Below, in pieces: positions 28,469 through 38,884 of a stretch of 64,000 bases of DNA. Within the stretch, counting starts at the first letter, position 1; every line of letters begins with the position of its first letter. Source of the DNA: Candidatus Micrarchaeia archaeon (GTDB lineage Archaea > Micrarchaeota > Micrarchaeia > Norongarragalinales > UBA8480); contig JBAMLY010000009.1 in the NCBI GenBank assembly GCA_039794045.1, positions 27,356 to 91,355 of the forward strand, read 5' to 3'. The translations under genes were made by a program, and so were the position numbers. The notes beneath the pieces were generated by a model. It had not been told where the DNA came from. It saw only the letters and a list, made by a program, of their open reading frames with translations, and did no database searches.

Positions 28469-29911
28469 TCAGGCTGGTTGTCTGGAAAGCCACCAGTCGC
28501 GGCGGAACACGAATTTTTCGAGGAAGGGAAGCGCCTCTTCTTCGAAGGCTTTGGAGCGAGTTATCTCGTCGCCTTCAAAAATTCTTGCTTTGCTTACTGG
28601 TTTGAGGAAGTGGGAGGCAATGCCGTTCGCCTTGGGTTGCGAGACTATCTTTTTTAGTGCGTCGCGCGCGTTAGTGGTCTCGCGTTTTTTTTCGGCTGCG
28701 AGGCTTCCTCCTTCCACGTAGGGGCCGCGCGCCCACTCGCTTGGCTTGTGTGAGGCCAAGAAGTTTTCGCATGCTTTCTCGTCGGTTACGGGGGGTCCAC
28801 GTACTCTCTTGAGGGGCGCGAGGCAACTCGTTTCCAGTTCGAAGAGCATGAAGCAGTTCTTACTGGAGGAAAAAGAGGTGAAGTCGTAGATGTTGAAGTC
28901 GACGCGCTCGAGTTGGCGTGCTATGGCGGCGGCGCTCTTGCGCAGTTGGGGCGTGAGCACGTCGGCTACGATGCCTGTTGGCTTGCTTGTTTGGACGAGG
29001 AAGAGCGAGTGTCCTCTTGCTGTAATGGCTTTTGCTATTCTTGTAGCGTCAGGTTTTTTTGGCTCGTGGAAAAAGAATTCGAGTGAGGGACGGCGCCAGA
29101 ATGCGCGGCACAGCGTAATGAATTTGGAGAGGTTGGTTGCGTTGACGGCCGCCGCCGCGTTCCTGTTGTAGTCGATGGCGTCCACGAGAATTAACGGCGA
29201 GTCGGAAAATTTTTTGGTGAGGGCTTGCCGTCCCGCTTCTCCTTGGTATGCTCCCTCTAAGTCTATTATTACTGGGGGCTTCCAGTCTTTGGCTGCTTCA
29301 ACGAGTCCAGCGAGAGAGCGGTAGTTCAAAATCATTTGCTCGCATACGAGTCCACTGAATCCTTCTACTTCTATTTCTGCGCCGTATATTCCGTTGGCTT
29401 TCAAGAGTTTTTTTAGGACGCGCACGTCCCTCCGCTGGCGGGGGGAAAGCTTTTCCTGCAAGTACTTCATGTGGAGGGGCGAGCGGTCTACGGCGCTCTT
29501 GATTTTTTGTTGTGGTTTTATTTTAAAGCAAGGGATTACTTCTACTTCGTAGCCTGAAACGTTGGCGCGAAGGTAAGGGTGTTCAGCGTAATGCATTTCC
29601 CATTTCGCTTTCACTGCAGACTTCGTAGCGGAAATGGTTTTTCTTATTATGTATTCGCGGTCGCGCGAGACTGGAAAGGCGACGAACAAGTCAATGTCTC
29701 TGTCTCCTGCGAGTCCAGTGTCTCTCGCTGCAGAGCCAACGAAGTTTATTTCCGCTTCTCTTCCGAGTTTTGCGGCTAGCTTTCTTGAAAGCGTTGCAGC
29801 AAACTTTTTTTCTGCAGCGGCTTCTGCCGGCGAGGGGGAAACTTTTCGTGAAACAATTTCCGCTATTTTTTCTATTGCTTTATGAGTCTCTTCCGTGTCG
29901 CTGGATTCCAT
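28469..29911 (-). CDS. cca: CCA tRNA nucleotidyltransferase (archaeal class I)
   Basis: VGSAARDTGL.GDRDIDLF, YAEHPY, SAVDRSPLH and GIYGAE...GFSG. Confidence 0.95.
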   Translation of the reverse strand: MESSDTEETHKAIEKIAEIVSRKVSPSPAEAAAEKKFAATLSRKLAAKLGREAEINFVGSAARDTGLAGDRDIDLFVAFPVSRDREYIIRKTISATKSAVKAKWEMHYAEHPYLRANVSGYEVEVIPCFKIKPQQKIKSAVDRSPLHMKYLQEKLSPRQRRDVRVLKKLLKANGIYGAEIEVEGFSGLVCEQMILNYRSLAGLVEAAKDWKPPVIIDLEGAYQGEAGRQALTKKFSDSPLILVDAIDYNRNAAAAVNATNLSKFITLCRAFWRRPSLEFFFHEPKKPDATRIAKAITARGHSLFLVQTSKPTGIVADVLTPQLRKSAAAIARQLERVDFNIYDFTSFSSSKNCFMLFELETSCLAPLKRVRGPPVTDEKACENFLASHKPSEWARGPYVEGGSLAAEKKRETTNARDALKKIVSQPKANGIASHFLKPVSKARIFEGDEITRSKAFEEEALPFLEKFVFRRDWWLSRQPA

Positions 29912-30007
29912 GCTTTCTTGAACGCTTGCCGTCTTTAAAACTTGTTTCCTTTTGATTGCGTTGCTAGCCCAGGCAAGGTTTTAATTGAAGTCCTTCCTTT
30001 TAAGCGC

Positions 30008-31417
30008 ATGGCAAAAATTCGCGTGGGCTATCCGTTTCCAGAGTACGTGGTTGACGAGCCAGTGCTAGGCAGGGAAGCAAAGCGCTTGCTGGAAAAATTT
30101 GTTGGCTTGGCGCAACGCAGGGTTTCAGTGAAAGAGTTTTGCGAGGAATTTGGCTTGGATGAAGGAGAAGCTGAAGAGTTCCTCAAGAGCTTGGATGTTT
30201 CTTCTTTCGGGAAGCCGTTGCCGCGCCAAGAAATGGAGGAAGTTGTCGCGAGCGCACGCAAAGTAGTTGCTGGGCTATCGGAAGCTGAAACGATTGCGAG
30301 GGGCGTGGCGCGCTCTCTCTACGGTTTCAAGGTAGTGCAGCCGTTGTTCGAGGACGACGACTTGGAAGAAATAATGGTTAATGGTTTTTCTTCGCCTGTA
30401 ATCGTGGCACATCGAAAGCATGGTTTATGCAAGACTAACTTGCGGTTCAAGAACGAGAGAGAGTATGGGGACTTCTTGGTGCAGGTTTGCGGTGGCTCGG
30501 CTGGCGCCGCGTGCGATGTCCGCCTCCCGGATGGAAGCCGTGCTAACGTGGTTTTCCCGCCTGCGGCAAGCGAAGCAGCGGTTACCGTGCGCAAGTTCCG
30601 CCGCCAGCGTTTGAGCTTCGTTGAACTCGTAGAGGAAGGCGTTTTTTCTTCTCACTTGGCGGCGTTCTTGTGGCTCTGCATTGAGGGAATGAGGGTTAGG
30701 CCGTTGAATGTCCTTTTCGCTGGCGGTACTGCCTCGGGCAAGACTTCTTCTCTTGACGCATTTTCTTGCTTTATTCCCCCGCACGAGCGAATTATAAGCA
30801 TTGAGGACACGCGAGAGCTTTCCCTGCCAGGCAAGGAGAACTGGGTTGCGTTGGAGAAGACTGAAGAACTTGACTTGAACGCCTTGCTGCGCAACTCGCT
30901 GAGAATGCGTCCCGACAGGATAATCGTGGGCGAGGTGAGGGGCGCGGAAGCTGAAACGCTTTTCACGGCAATGAACATTGGGCAGAATGGAGTGCTTGGA
31001 ACTCTTCACGCTAACAGCGACCGCGATGCCATCCAGCGCTTGGAGGCCGCGCCAATGAACGTCCCCCGTGACTTGATTCCGTTGCTTGACGTGGTAGTAG
31101 TTCAGCACAGGGTTTATGATGGAGGCGAGTTGAAGCGGCGCGTTACGCAAGTGAGCGAGGTTTCCCGCATTGAGGACAAGATTGCTTTGAATGAAGTGTT
31201 CAAGTGGGACGCGGGAAAGGAGAGCGTGGTGCGCACGCAGCAGACGAGCGAGTTAGTTGAAAAGATTGCTTTGCTGTCCGGCAACCCGATAAGTGCCGTT
31301 AACGCCGAGTTAGACCGCCGCCGTGAAATAGTTGACTTCTTGGTTGAAAAAAAGGTAAAATCGCAGGAGGACGTCACCGAGTTCATGAAAAAGTATTACG
31401 CTGAAAGCCTGCCTTGA
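30008..31417 (+). CDS. CpaF/VirB11-family secretion/pilus ATPase (stand-alone)
   Basis: LEEIMVNG, RLPDGSR, GGTASGKTS, IEDTREL, LRMRPDRIIVGEVRG and TLHAN. Confidence 0.92.
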   Translation: MAKIRVGYPFPEYVVDEPVLGREAKRLLEKFVGLAQRRVSVKEFCEEFGLDEGEAEEFLKSLDVSSFGKPLPRQEMEEVVASARKVVAGLSEAETIARGVARSLYGFKVVQPLFEDDDLEEIMVNGFSSPVIVAHRKHGLCKTNLRFKNEREYGDFLVQVCGGSAGAACDVRLPDGSRANVVFPPAASEAAVTVRKFRRQRLSFVELVEEGVFSSHLAAFLWLCIEGMRVRPLNVLFAGGTASGKTSSLDAFSCFIPPHERIISIEDTRELSLPGKENWVALEKTEELDLNALLRNSLRMRPDRIIVGEVRGAEAETLFTAMNIGQNGVLGTLHANSDRDAIQRLEAAPMNVPRDLIPLLDVVVVQHRVYDGGELKRRVTQVSEVSRIEDKIALNEVFKWDAGKESVVRTQQTSELVEKIALLSGNPISAVNAELDRRREIVDFLVEKKVKSQEDVTEFMKKYYAESLP

Positions 31418-31456
31418 CTTTTTAGAGTAAGACGTGGAAAGCAGTGTTTAAAGCGT

Positions 31457-32035
31457 TCAACTCAACTTAAAACAAGCTATTTCTTCGTGTACTGGCCGGT
31501 TTGGCGTGAGAGTGCTTTTCTTTAAAGCTACCTTGTCTGCCGTGAACTCAGCGAGCTCTTTTTCCGCGTATTCTTTTTGGAGGGCGCGCAGTAGCGCAAG
31601 GTTTTCTCTTCCCTTCACCCGGCATATTGTGACGTGCGCCGTGAAGTTTTTTTCTTTGCCTTGCACGCCCACGGCTTTGGCTATGGCTTGCCTTAACTCG
31701 TTCAAGCCACTTCCTTGCACGCCAGTCCAGAAGACGTTGATGCGTTGCTCGCTCGGAAAAAAGCCGGCGCCCTTTAGCTTTAGCGCGAGTGGTTTCATTC
31801 CCTGTAGTGCCCCCCTTAGTTTGGCTGCCGTCTCTGCTGCCTTGCTTTCAGTGATTTCGCCGAGGAAGGCGAGCGTGACGTGCCATTCTTCCGGTGAAGT
31901 GAAGGTAGCGTGCAAGCCTAGTGCCTTCGCCTTGGCGGAAAGCTCGCCGATTTTTTGTTTTGCCTCGGCTGGAATTTCAAGTGAAACAAAGCAACGCAAG
32001 CCAATCACAAGTTTTTTTAATTTCGTTTCATTCAT
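31457..32035 (-). CDS. thpR: RNA 2',3'-cyclic phosphodiesterase (2H / LigT family)
   Basis: RCFVSL, two HxT motifs (HVTLAFLGE, HVTICRVK) and L.KSTLTP..P. Confidence 0.9.
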   Translation of the reverse strand: MNETKLKKLVIGLRCFVSLEIPAEAKQKIGELSAKAKALGLHATFTSPEEWHVTLAFLGEITESKAAETAAKLRGALQGMKPLALKLKGAGFFPSEQRINVFWTGVQGSGLNELRQAIAKAVGVQGKEKNFTAHVTICRVKGRENLALLRALQKEYAEKELAEFTADKVALKKSTLTPNRPVHEEIACFKLS

Positions 32036-32041
32036 TCAAGC

Positions 32042-32884
32042 ATGAAGAAATTGTTTCCCGTATTTTTACTGGTTGCGGTATTCGCCTCAGTTGCTTCGGC
32101 TGCTCACTTGAAAGTCATAGCTCCCACGGCGCACGAGATTCAATCAGGTGATTACGCCCAGCCAGTCGAAATAGGCGTGGTTGGGCCAGGACAAAAAGTA
32201 GAGATTTCTATAGAGCGCGGCACTGGGCAGATGAGCAACGACAAGACTACTTTCGGGCAGGAAGCGATTTGGGACCGGCTTGAAGTAATTCGTTCTTCGC
32301 TGCCGAGCGGGTGGGACGCGCGCGACAGCCTCGTTTACGAGACTCCTTTGACTGCCTTCGTAATAGTCTCTCCTGAAGCTTCTGACGGGGAGTACGTCGT
32401 CGAAATGCAGTCAGTTGACGAGTACGAGGGAGTCGCGCCCATCAAGTTCAAAGCGAAAATCAGGGTGGCGCGCGACGCTTTTTCTTTCTCCATGAATCCA
32501 TCGAGCGTGATAGCGGGAGTGGGACAGCCCGCCGTTTATTCTTTCAAATTGAAGAGCAACAGCGACGCTTCTGATGCCTACCAGATTTCAGCGGAAGGGC
32601 TCCCCTACAACTGGGGTTTCACTAAAAGCGTTTTCTTGCCACGCCGCGGCGAAGCGATAGTAGCTTACGAAGTGGTTGGCTCTTCGCAGAAGCAAGTAAG
32701 CTTCAACTTCAGGATTCGCTCGCTTTCTAGTTCTTTGATTGAGGGAACGCAGGAGGCGAGGCTCGTCACTGTTTCTTCGTTGTGGCAGGACATGAAGGCG
32801 GCAGCGTCAGGCATTCCCTTGTTTCCAAGCGCCGAGCAACCAATTCACTCGTTGTTGGGCTTCACAGCAAACTTGTTCCCTTGA
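32042..32884 (+). CDS. Hypothetical exported protein (Ig-like beta domains)
   Basis: Signal peptide MKKLFPVFLLVAVFASVASA and a beta-rich body. Confidence 0.75.
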   Translation: MKKLFPVFLLVAVFASVASAAHLKVIAPTAHEIQSGDYAQPVEIGVVGPGQKVEISIERGTGQMSNDKTTFGQEAIWDRLEVIRSSLPSGWDARDSLVYETPLTAFVIVSPEASDGEYVVEMQSVDEYEGVAPIKFKAKIRVARDAFSFSMNPSSVIAGVGQPAVYSFKLKSNSDASDAYQISAEGLPYNWGFTKSVFLPRRGEAIVAYEVVGSSQKQVSFNFRIRSLSSSLIEGTQEARLVTVSSLWQDMKAAASGIPLFPSAEQPIHSLLGFTANLFP

Positions 32885-32930
32885 ATGCGCCACAGCACGC
32901 CTAATATTCTTTTTCGTTCCCAGAAATTAC

Positions 32931-34526
32931 GTGGCTTCCAGTGCAGCGCAGGCGAGAATTAATGCAGCGAGAGAAGTAGCGCGAGCCATTGCGGGAATGC
33001 GTTCAAAGCCTAGTCCACGCAAGCTGATGGCTTTAAAGCGCGCGGCGTGCAAGAGACACGGCTTGAGCGAAATGCTTTCAAACGCGGAATTGCTTGAAGC
33101 CCTCCCGTCAGCGGTATTGCGAGAAAAAAAACAGTTTTTCAGGACGAGGCAAGTGCGCTCGCTTTCAGGCGTTTGCGTTGTCGCGATAATGGCGAGGCCT
33201 GCTGAGTGCCCGCACGGCAGGTGCGCTTACTGTCCTGGAGGCCCGCAAAACAATTCGCCTCAAAGCTATACGGGGCGCGAGCCAGCGGCAATGCGTGCTT
33301 CTCAGAACGGCTTCGATTCCTTTGCGCAAGTTAGGGCGAGGCTCGACCAACTGCGCGCCATTGGCCACGAGCCACAGAAATGCGAGTTGATAGTAATGGG
33401 CGGCACTTTCAACGCCCAGCCTCTTGAATACCAACGCGTTTTCTTGAAGCGCGCCTTTGAAGCATTCAATGAAGGCACGTCGCGTTCTCTTGAAGCCGCG
33501 ATAAAAGCTAACGAGGGCGCGCGGCACAGGGTGGTGGGACTGACTTTCGAGACGCGTCCTGACTGGGCGACTCGCGAGAGGATTTCCAGGCTCGTGGACT
33601 GGGGGGCGACGAGGATAGAGTTGGGAGTTCAGACTTTAAGCGACGAGGTTTACAAGAAAGTGGAGAGGGGGCACTCGGTTGCCGACGTAGTGGAAGCCAC
33701 GCAGACTTGCAAGGATGCGCTCCTCAAGGTAGGCTATCACTGGATGCCTGGGCTTCTCTGCGGCCCTCGCGACGACGAGAGGATGTTCAAGCGCTTGTTT
33801 TCTGACTCGCGTTTCAGGCCCGACATGCTGAAAATTTATCCTTGCCTGGTAATGCCTGGCACGAAAATGTTTGAGTGGTGGGAGAAAGGAGAATTCGTTC
33901 CCTACGACGCTGAAACCGCGGCGAGAGTGGTGGCACGCTTGAAGCGTTTAGTTCCGCCTTACTGTAGGGTGATGCGCGTAGAGCGAGACATTCCAGTGCA
34001 GTTGATTGCTGCGGGCGTCAAGAAAAGCAACTTGCGGCAGCTCGTGCGCAAGGAAATGCTTGAGCGCGGGTGGGAGTGCAAGTGCATTCGGTGCAGGGAA
34101 GTTGGCTTCAAGCAAGCGGCTGGCGCGAAAATTGATTGGAGCGCCGTTGAGTTGAAGCGCTTTGACTACGAGGCGAGCGGCGGCAAAGAAGTTTTTCTTT
34201 CTTTCGAAGAGCCGGGAGCGGATGCGCTGGTTGCCTTCCTGCGCCTGCGATTACCTGGCAGGCCTTGGCGCAAAGAATTCCGTGAAGGAGACGCTGGCGT
34301 GCGCGAGTTGCACGTCTACGGCGAGCAGTTGCTCGTGGGCGAGAGAAAGGAAGTGGCAGCGCAGCACAAGCGCTTTGGGCGCCTGCTGTTAGGGGAAGCC
34401 GAGCGCATAGCTGGCGAGGAGTGGGGTTCGCGGAAGCTCTTCGTTATAAGCGGCGTTGGAGTGCGTCCTTACTACAAGCGGTTGGGCTACGCTCAAGACG
34501 GTGCTTTCGTCTCCAAAAAACTATAA
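32931..34526 (+). CDS. elp3: Elp3 tRNA U34 carboxymethyl synthesis radical SAM/GNAT enzyme
   Basis: CPHGRCAYCPGGP, PQSYTG.EPA, ETRPD, ELGVQT, RELHVYG, QH..FG and VISGVGVR.YY. Confidence 0.96.
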   Translation: MASSAAQARINAAREVARAIAGMRSKPSPRKLMALKRAACKRHGLSEMLSNAELLEALPSAVLREKKQFFRTRQVRSLSGVCVVAIMARPAECPHGRCAYCPGGPQNNSPQSYTGREPAAMRASQNGFDSFAQVRARLDQLRAIGHEPQKCELIVMGGTFNAQPLEYQRVFLKRAFEAFNEGTSRSLEAAIKANEGARHRVVGLTFETRPDWATRERISRLVDWGATRIELGVQTLSDEVYKKVERGHSVADVVEATQTCKDALLKVGYHWMPGLLCGPRDDERMFKRLFSDSRFRPDMLKIYPCLVMPGTKMFEWWEKGEFVPYDAETAARVVARLKRLVPPYCRVMRVERDIPVQLIAAGVKKSNLRQLVRKEMLERGWECKCIRCREVGFKQAAGAKIDWSAVELKRFDYEASGGKEVFLSFEEPGADALVAFLRLRLPGRPWRKEFREGDAGVRELHVYGEQLLVGERKEVAAQHKRFGRLLLGEAERIAGEEWGSRKLFVISGVGVRPYYKRLGYAQDGAFVSKKL

Positions 34527-34545
34527 TAAGCGCGCGCTCTAAACC

Positions 34546-35895
34546 GTGTTGGTGTCTCGCTTGTATTCCGAAAAGATAATGCTGGCCTTGAAGGCTGCCG
34601 GCGCTTCTTTTGGCGACCGCGTTCGCGTGAAGTCTGGCAGTGCAGTGTTCGAGGGAGTTCTGTTGCCACGCCACGACTACGGTGACCCGGATTGCCTTGT
34701 GCTAAAGCTTTCCAGTGGCTATAACGTCGGGGTGGCGTTTGACTCCAAGACTTTGGTGGAGCGGGTTGGTGGCGCGGCGAAGGCAGGAAAGGAGGCGTTG
34801 CCTCGGTTTCCGCGCAATCCCTTGCTTCCAGACGTCTCGCTTGTCGCGACTGGCGGAACGATTAGCGCGAGAGTGGACTACAAGACTGGCGGGGTGGACA
34901 TGTTCTTGTCCCCTGAAGAAATTCTTGCGGTTGCACCTCAAGTTGCTGAAGTAATCAATTTAAGGAACTTGATTAGCCCTTTCAGGGTGGCTAGCGAGGA
35001 CATGACTTTCAGGGAGTGGAAGAAGATTGCCGCCGTGGTGGCGAAAGAGCTTTCCAGTGGCGCGGCTGGCGTGATAGTCACTCACGGGACTGACACTCTC
35101 CACTTTACTGCAGCCGCGCTGTCGTTCATGCTCCGCAACCTCGAACAACCAGTAGCTCTCGTTGGCGCTCAGCGTTCTCCTGACAGGGGAAGTTTTGACG
35201 GCACCATGAACTTGGTTTGCGGTGCTCACTACGCGAAAAGCTCGCTTGCCGAAGTTGCAGTGGTAATGCATGGCACGAGCAGTGACGACTACTGCCTCGC
35301 CATTCGCGGAACTAAAGCGCGAAAAATGCATACTACTCGCCGCGACGCCTTCCGTCCAATCAATGACTTGCCTCTCGCGAGAATTTGGCCTGACGGCAGG
35401 ATTGAAGGAGTTCAGGGGGCTCGCGCGCGGGGCAGTGGAGTAGTTGAGTTAGACGACTCTTTCGAGCCGCGCACTGCGCTAGTGAAAGTATTTCCCGGCG
35501 CTTCCCCGGAAGTAATTGATTTTTACGTTGACAGGAAGTACCGTGGCATTGTTTTGGAGGGTACGGCTTTGGGGCACGCGCCAGTTGCCACGCTTGACTC
35601 GCGCGACAGCTGGCTGCCTTCCATCGAGCGCGCCGTGGAAGAAGGAGTGGTTGTCGCGATGGCGACGCAGTGCCTTTACGGTTCCACTAATCCCTTCGTT
35701 TACGCTAACGGCCGCCGCCTCGCCCGCGCTGGCGTTGTTTACTGTCGCGACATGCTTCCAGAAACGGCTTTCGTGAAGCTCGGCTGGCTTTTGGGGCACA
35801 AGGGTTTGTCGCTCGAGGGGGTTGCCGCGAGAATGACTGAAAACTTGTGTGGCGAAATAAATGCGCGCTTGACTGAAGCGCACTTTCTTGCGTGA
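34546..35895 (+). CDS. gatD: Glu-tRNA(Gln) amidotransferase subunit D
   Basis: KL.SGYNVG, TGGTI..RVDY.TG, HGTDT, GAQRS.DRGS.D and KMHT.RRDAF. Confidence 0.95.
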   Translation: MLVSRLYSEKIMLALKAAGASFGDRVRVKSGSAVFEGVLLPRHDYGDPDCLVLKLSSGYNVGVAFDSKTLVERVGGAAKAGKEALPRFPRNPLLPDVSLVATGGTISARVDYKTGGVDMFLSPEEILAVAPQVAEVINLRNLISPFRVASEDMTFREWKKIAAVVAKELSSGAAGVIVTHGTDTLHFTAAALSFMLRNLEQPVALVGAQRSPDRGSFDGTMNLVCGAHYAKSSLAEVAVVMHGTSSDDYCLAIRGTKARKMHTTRRDAFRPINDLPLARIWPDGRIEGVQGARARGSGVVELDDSFEPRTALVKVFPGASPEVIDFYVDRKYRGIVLEGTALGHAPVATLDSRDSWLPSIERAVEEGVVVAMATQCLYGSTNPFVYANGRRLARAGVVYCRDMLPETAFVKLGWLLGHKGLSLEGVAARMTENLCGEINARLTEAHFLA

Positions 35896-35901
35896 TTTGA
35901 A

Positions 35902-37746
35902 TTGATTGACTTCAAGGCAATTGGCTTCAAGTGCGGCGTCGAAGTCCACCAGCGAGTGGACTCGCACAAGCTGTTCTGCGAGTGCTACTGCAACCCCAAC
36001 AAGGAAGGGGAGAAAGGACAGGTTTTCGAGTTGAAGCGGAGGCTGGCGGCGGTGGCGGGCGAGCTTGGCGGCTTGGATCCGGCTGCTGCCTTCGAGGCTG
36101 CACGCGGAAAGGAATTCACTTACTTTTCTGACTCGAAGACTTCTTGCTTGGTTGAGTGCGACGAAGAACCACCACACCAAATAAATGAAGAGGCAGTGAA
36201 GGTGGCTTTGCAGATTGCGCTTGCTTTGGGGGCGCGCCCCGTGGACGAAGTTCAGGTAATGCGAAAGACGGTGGTGGACGGCAGCGCAGTAAGCGGCTTT
36301 CAGCGCACTGCGTTGGTTGCTTTGAATGGCTTACTTGAAACCTCGCGGGGCAGGGTAGGAATTCCCACTATTTGCGTGGAGGAAGAAAGCGCGGGAATCG
36401 TTGAGAAGTCGGCTGGCTCGGCGGCTTACAGGCTGGACCGCCTCGGCATTCCGTTGATTGAAATTGCTTCCGACGCGTCAATAAAAGACGGCGTTCACGC
36501 AGCCGAAGTCGCTGAAAAGATTGGGCTCTTGTTGCGCACTACGGGGAGAGTGCAGAGGGGAATTGGCACGATAAGGCAGGACTTGAACGTAAGCGTCGAG
36601 GGAGGCGCGCGCGTAGAGATTAAGGGAGCGCAAGAGCTTGCCGCGATTCCTGCGATTGTTGAGAACGAGGCGCGACGCCAAGTCGAGTTAATCAAAATCA
36701 AAAAAAAGTTGGCTGGAAAGAAAAAAATCGCAGTGCAGCCTGCCGTGAGGGACGTCACGCACTTGTTGAAGGAGGACGGTCCTTCTTTCGTGCGCAAAGC
36801 GATTTCTGAGGGCGCTTCCGCGATGGCGGTCAAGCTTGAAGGCTTTGCCGGCTTGCTTGGCAGAGAGTTGATGGAGAACCACAGGCTGGGCACTGAATTG
36901 AGTGACTACGCTAGAGCCAGCGCGGGCGTGAAGGGAATTATTCACTCCGACGAAGACCCGGCAAAGTATTCTTTGGAGGAAAGCGTTTTCTCGGCCGTCG
37001 CAAGGCAACTCGGCTGCACTGCTTCCGATGCGTGGGTTTTGTGCGTGGAAAAAGAGCTCGTTGCCGTAAAGGCTTTGGATGCGGCGTTCCACCGAGCTCG
37101 TCTCGCCTTTGACGGCGTGCCGAGCGAGACGCGGCGCGTTGAGGGAGAGAAAAGCGTTTTCATGCGCCCCATGCCTGGAGCGGATAGAATGTACCCTGAG
37201 ACTGACGTCGCGCCGCTGCGCTTGAACGCCGTCTTCTTGGCTGGAGTGAAGCCTTTAGAGGACTTTGAGGCAAGGAAAAAGCGGTTCAAGGCAATGGGTT
37301 TGAATGAGGAACTAGCAGAAAAAATACTGCGAGGAAGCGAAGCAAACTCGTTCGAGGAACTCGTGCGCGACAGTGGCGCAGACGCTTTGTTTGTGGCAGT
37401 GACTTTAGAGGATACCTTGAAGGCGCTGCGGCGCGCTGGCTTTTCGGTTGACTCTCTTGGCATTGAGCGGTTGCGCGAGGTTTTCTCGCTTTACGCGAAG
37501 GGAAGAATAGTGAAGGCGGCGGTCCCAGAGTTGTTGAAGGCGTTGTGCGAGTGGCCAGCCCCAGCTGAAACTGTCTTGCGCGAGAAAAAGCTCGAGAAAT
37601 TCAGTTCAAGGCGTCTTGCCGCTACAGTCAAGGCATTGCGCGAGGAAGGAGTGAGCGAGAAACAATTGTTCGCGGAAGTAATGAAGAGGCACAGGTTAAA
37701 CGTTGACGCTGGCGAGCTTCAAGCTTTGTTGAAGAAGGCATTTTAA
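35902..37746 (+). CDS. gatE: Glu-tRNA(Gln) amidotransferase subunit E
   Basis: G.EVHQ, DEEPPH, MRKTVVDGS.VSGFQRT, RGIGTIRQDLNVS and RPMPGADRMYPETD. Confidence 0.96.
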   Translation: MIDFKAIGFKCGVEVHQRVDSHKLFCECYCNPNKEGEKGQVFELKRRLAAVAGELGGLDPAAAFEAARGKEFTYFSDSKTSCLVECDEEPPHQINEEAVKVALQIALALGARPVDEVQVMRKTVVDGSAVSGFQRTALVALNGLLETSRGRVGIPTICVEEESAGIVEKSAGSAAYRLDRLGIPLIEIASDASIKDGVHAAEVAEKIGLLLRTTGRVQRGIGTIRQDLNVSVEGGARVEIKGAQELAAIPAIVENEARRQVELIKIKKKLAGKKKIAVQPAVRDVTHLLKEDGPSFVRKAISEGASAMAVKLEGFAGLLGRELMENHRLGTELSDYARASAGVKGIIHSDEDPAKYSLEESVFSAVARQLGCTASDAWVLCVEKELVAVKALDAAFHRARLAFDGVPSETRRVEGEKSVFMRPMPGADRMYPETDVAPLRLNAVFLAGVKPLEDFEARKKRFKAMGLNEELAEKILRGSEANSFEELVRDSGADALFVAVTLEDTLKALRRAGFSVDSLGIERLREVFSLYAKGRIVKAAVPELLKALCEWPAPAETVLREKKLEKFSSRRLAATVKALREEGVSEKQLFAEVMKRHRLNVDAGELQALLKKAF

Positions 37747-37792
37747 ACGAGGACTGCCTTCTTAGAAAAGGTTTTGTTAAGGGTTTTCGTTT

Positions 37793-38818
37793 ATGGCAGA
37801 CGATTTCGGCGAGGCTGCTCCTCAGGAAGGCGGTGGCTTCGACAAAGAGAAAATTATTGCTTTGCTGAAGAAGTTCGCGCCTTTCTTAGTGGCTGCAGTG
37901 GTAGTGGTTGGTGGCGTGCTTTTCTATTTCAGCCTGCCAAAGCCGGCCACGGTAACAGTTTGCGTTGACGGCTTGGACCAAGCCACGAAAGTGGAGGCTG
38001 CGTCAGTTACTTTTTCTCGGGGCGACGAGTCTTGGTCTGTTGACTTGGAGGACCGCTGCGGCGAGTTGAGTGGCACACTGCCAGCGGGAGTAGAGTTGAG
38101 CGTGGAAGTGGATGCGGGCTCGAAGTATTCTTCTACTCCAGACCCTTCTTCAGTCATCCTTGAACCCGGCACTAACACTGTTAACTTGAAGCTTCCCTAC
38201 GACTACAAGCTTTCAGCGAACCAAAAGTCTTTCACGATAGACACTGCGCCGGGCTGCAACCGCACCATCATCCTCGGCGTGAAAAACAATGGCAAGTCCG
38301 CGGCTGAAATTGGTTTAGTGCCTGAAGGCGACGCCCGGCAATACTTGTTTGTTCCGCCGTTCAAGACCATCGCAGCTGGCGCGGACACGACTATTGCGGT
38401 TTCGGTTTTAGTGCCGGCCGCGGGCCAGAAAACGATTACTGGTGCGTTGAGGCTCGCGCATACTACAACCAAGATTCCGGTGACAATAAACGTGGGAGAG
38501 GGAGCCAAGCTAAGTATAACTCCTACTTCGGTGAGGCTCTCAAACGACGACAAAGTGCTGGTCACGGTGAAGAACGCTGGAAAGACTGACGTTACCGACT
38601 TGCGCGTTGAAACTTGTTATTCCGAAGAAAAGATAAGCGTGTCTTACAACGCGCAGTCAATTACAAAATTCTTAGCTCCTGGAAGCCAGACTACTTTCCC
38701 GGTAGACGTTTACTCTGCCGAGCCAGGAAAGTTTTTCGCGAAACTCTGCATTTCAGACGGCGGCTGCCAAGCGACCGAGGTTCCGATAACGCTGGAGAAG
38801 GCCGCGCCGCGCTCGTGA
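37793..38818 (+). CDS. Membrane-anchored surface protein with Ig-like domains
   Basis: Acidic N-tail, single TM and repeated V.N.G beta-sandwich-like motifs. Confidence 0.72.
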   Translation: MADDFGEAAPQEGGGFDKEKIIALLKKFAPFLVAAVVVVGGVLFYFSLPKPATVTVCVDGLDQATKVEAASVTFSRGDESWSVDLEDRCGELSGTLPAGVELSVEVDAGSKYSSTPDPSSVILEPGTNTVNLKLPYDYKLSANQKSFTIDTAPGCNRTIILGVKNNGKSAAEIGLVPEGDARQYLFVPPFKTIAAGADTTIAVSVLVPAAGQKTITGALRLAHTTTKIPVTINVGEGAKLSITPTSVRLSNDDKVLVTVKNAGKTDVTDLRVETCYSEEKISVSYNAQSITKFLAPGSQTTFPVDVYSAEPGKFFAKLCISDGGCQATEVPITLEKAAPRS

Positions 38819-38884
38819 GCTACGCCGCAGCCTTTGGTTGTCTTGCGAACACACATTAAAATAATGCGTCGCCCAAAATAGTTA

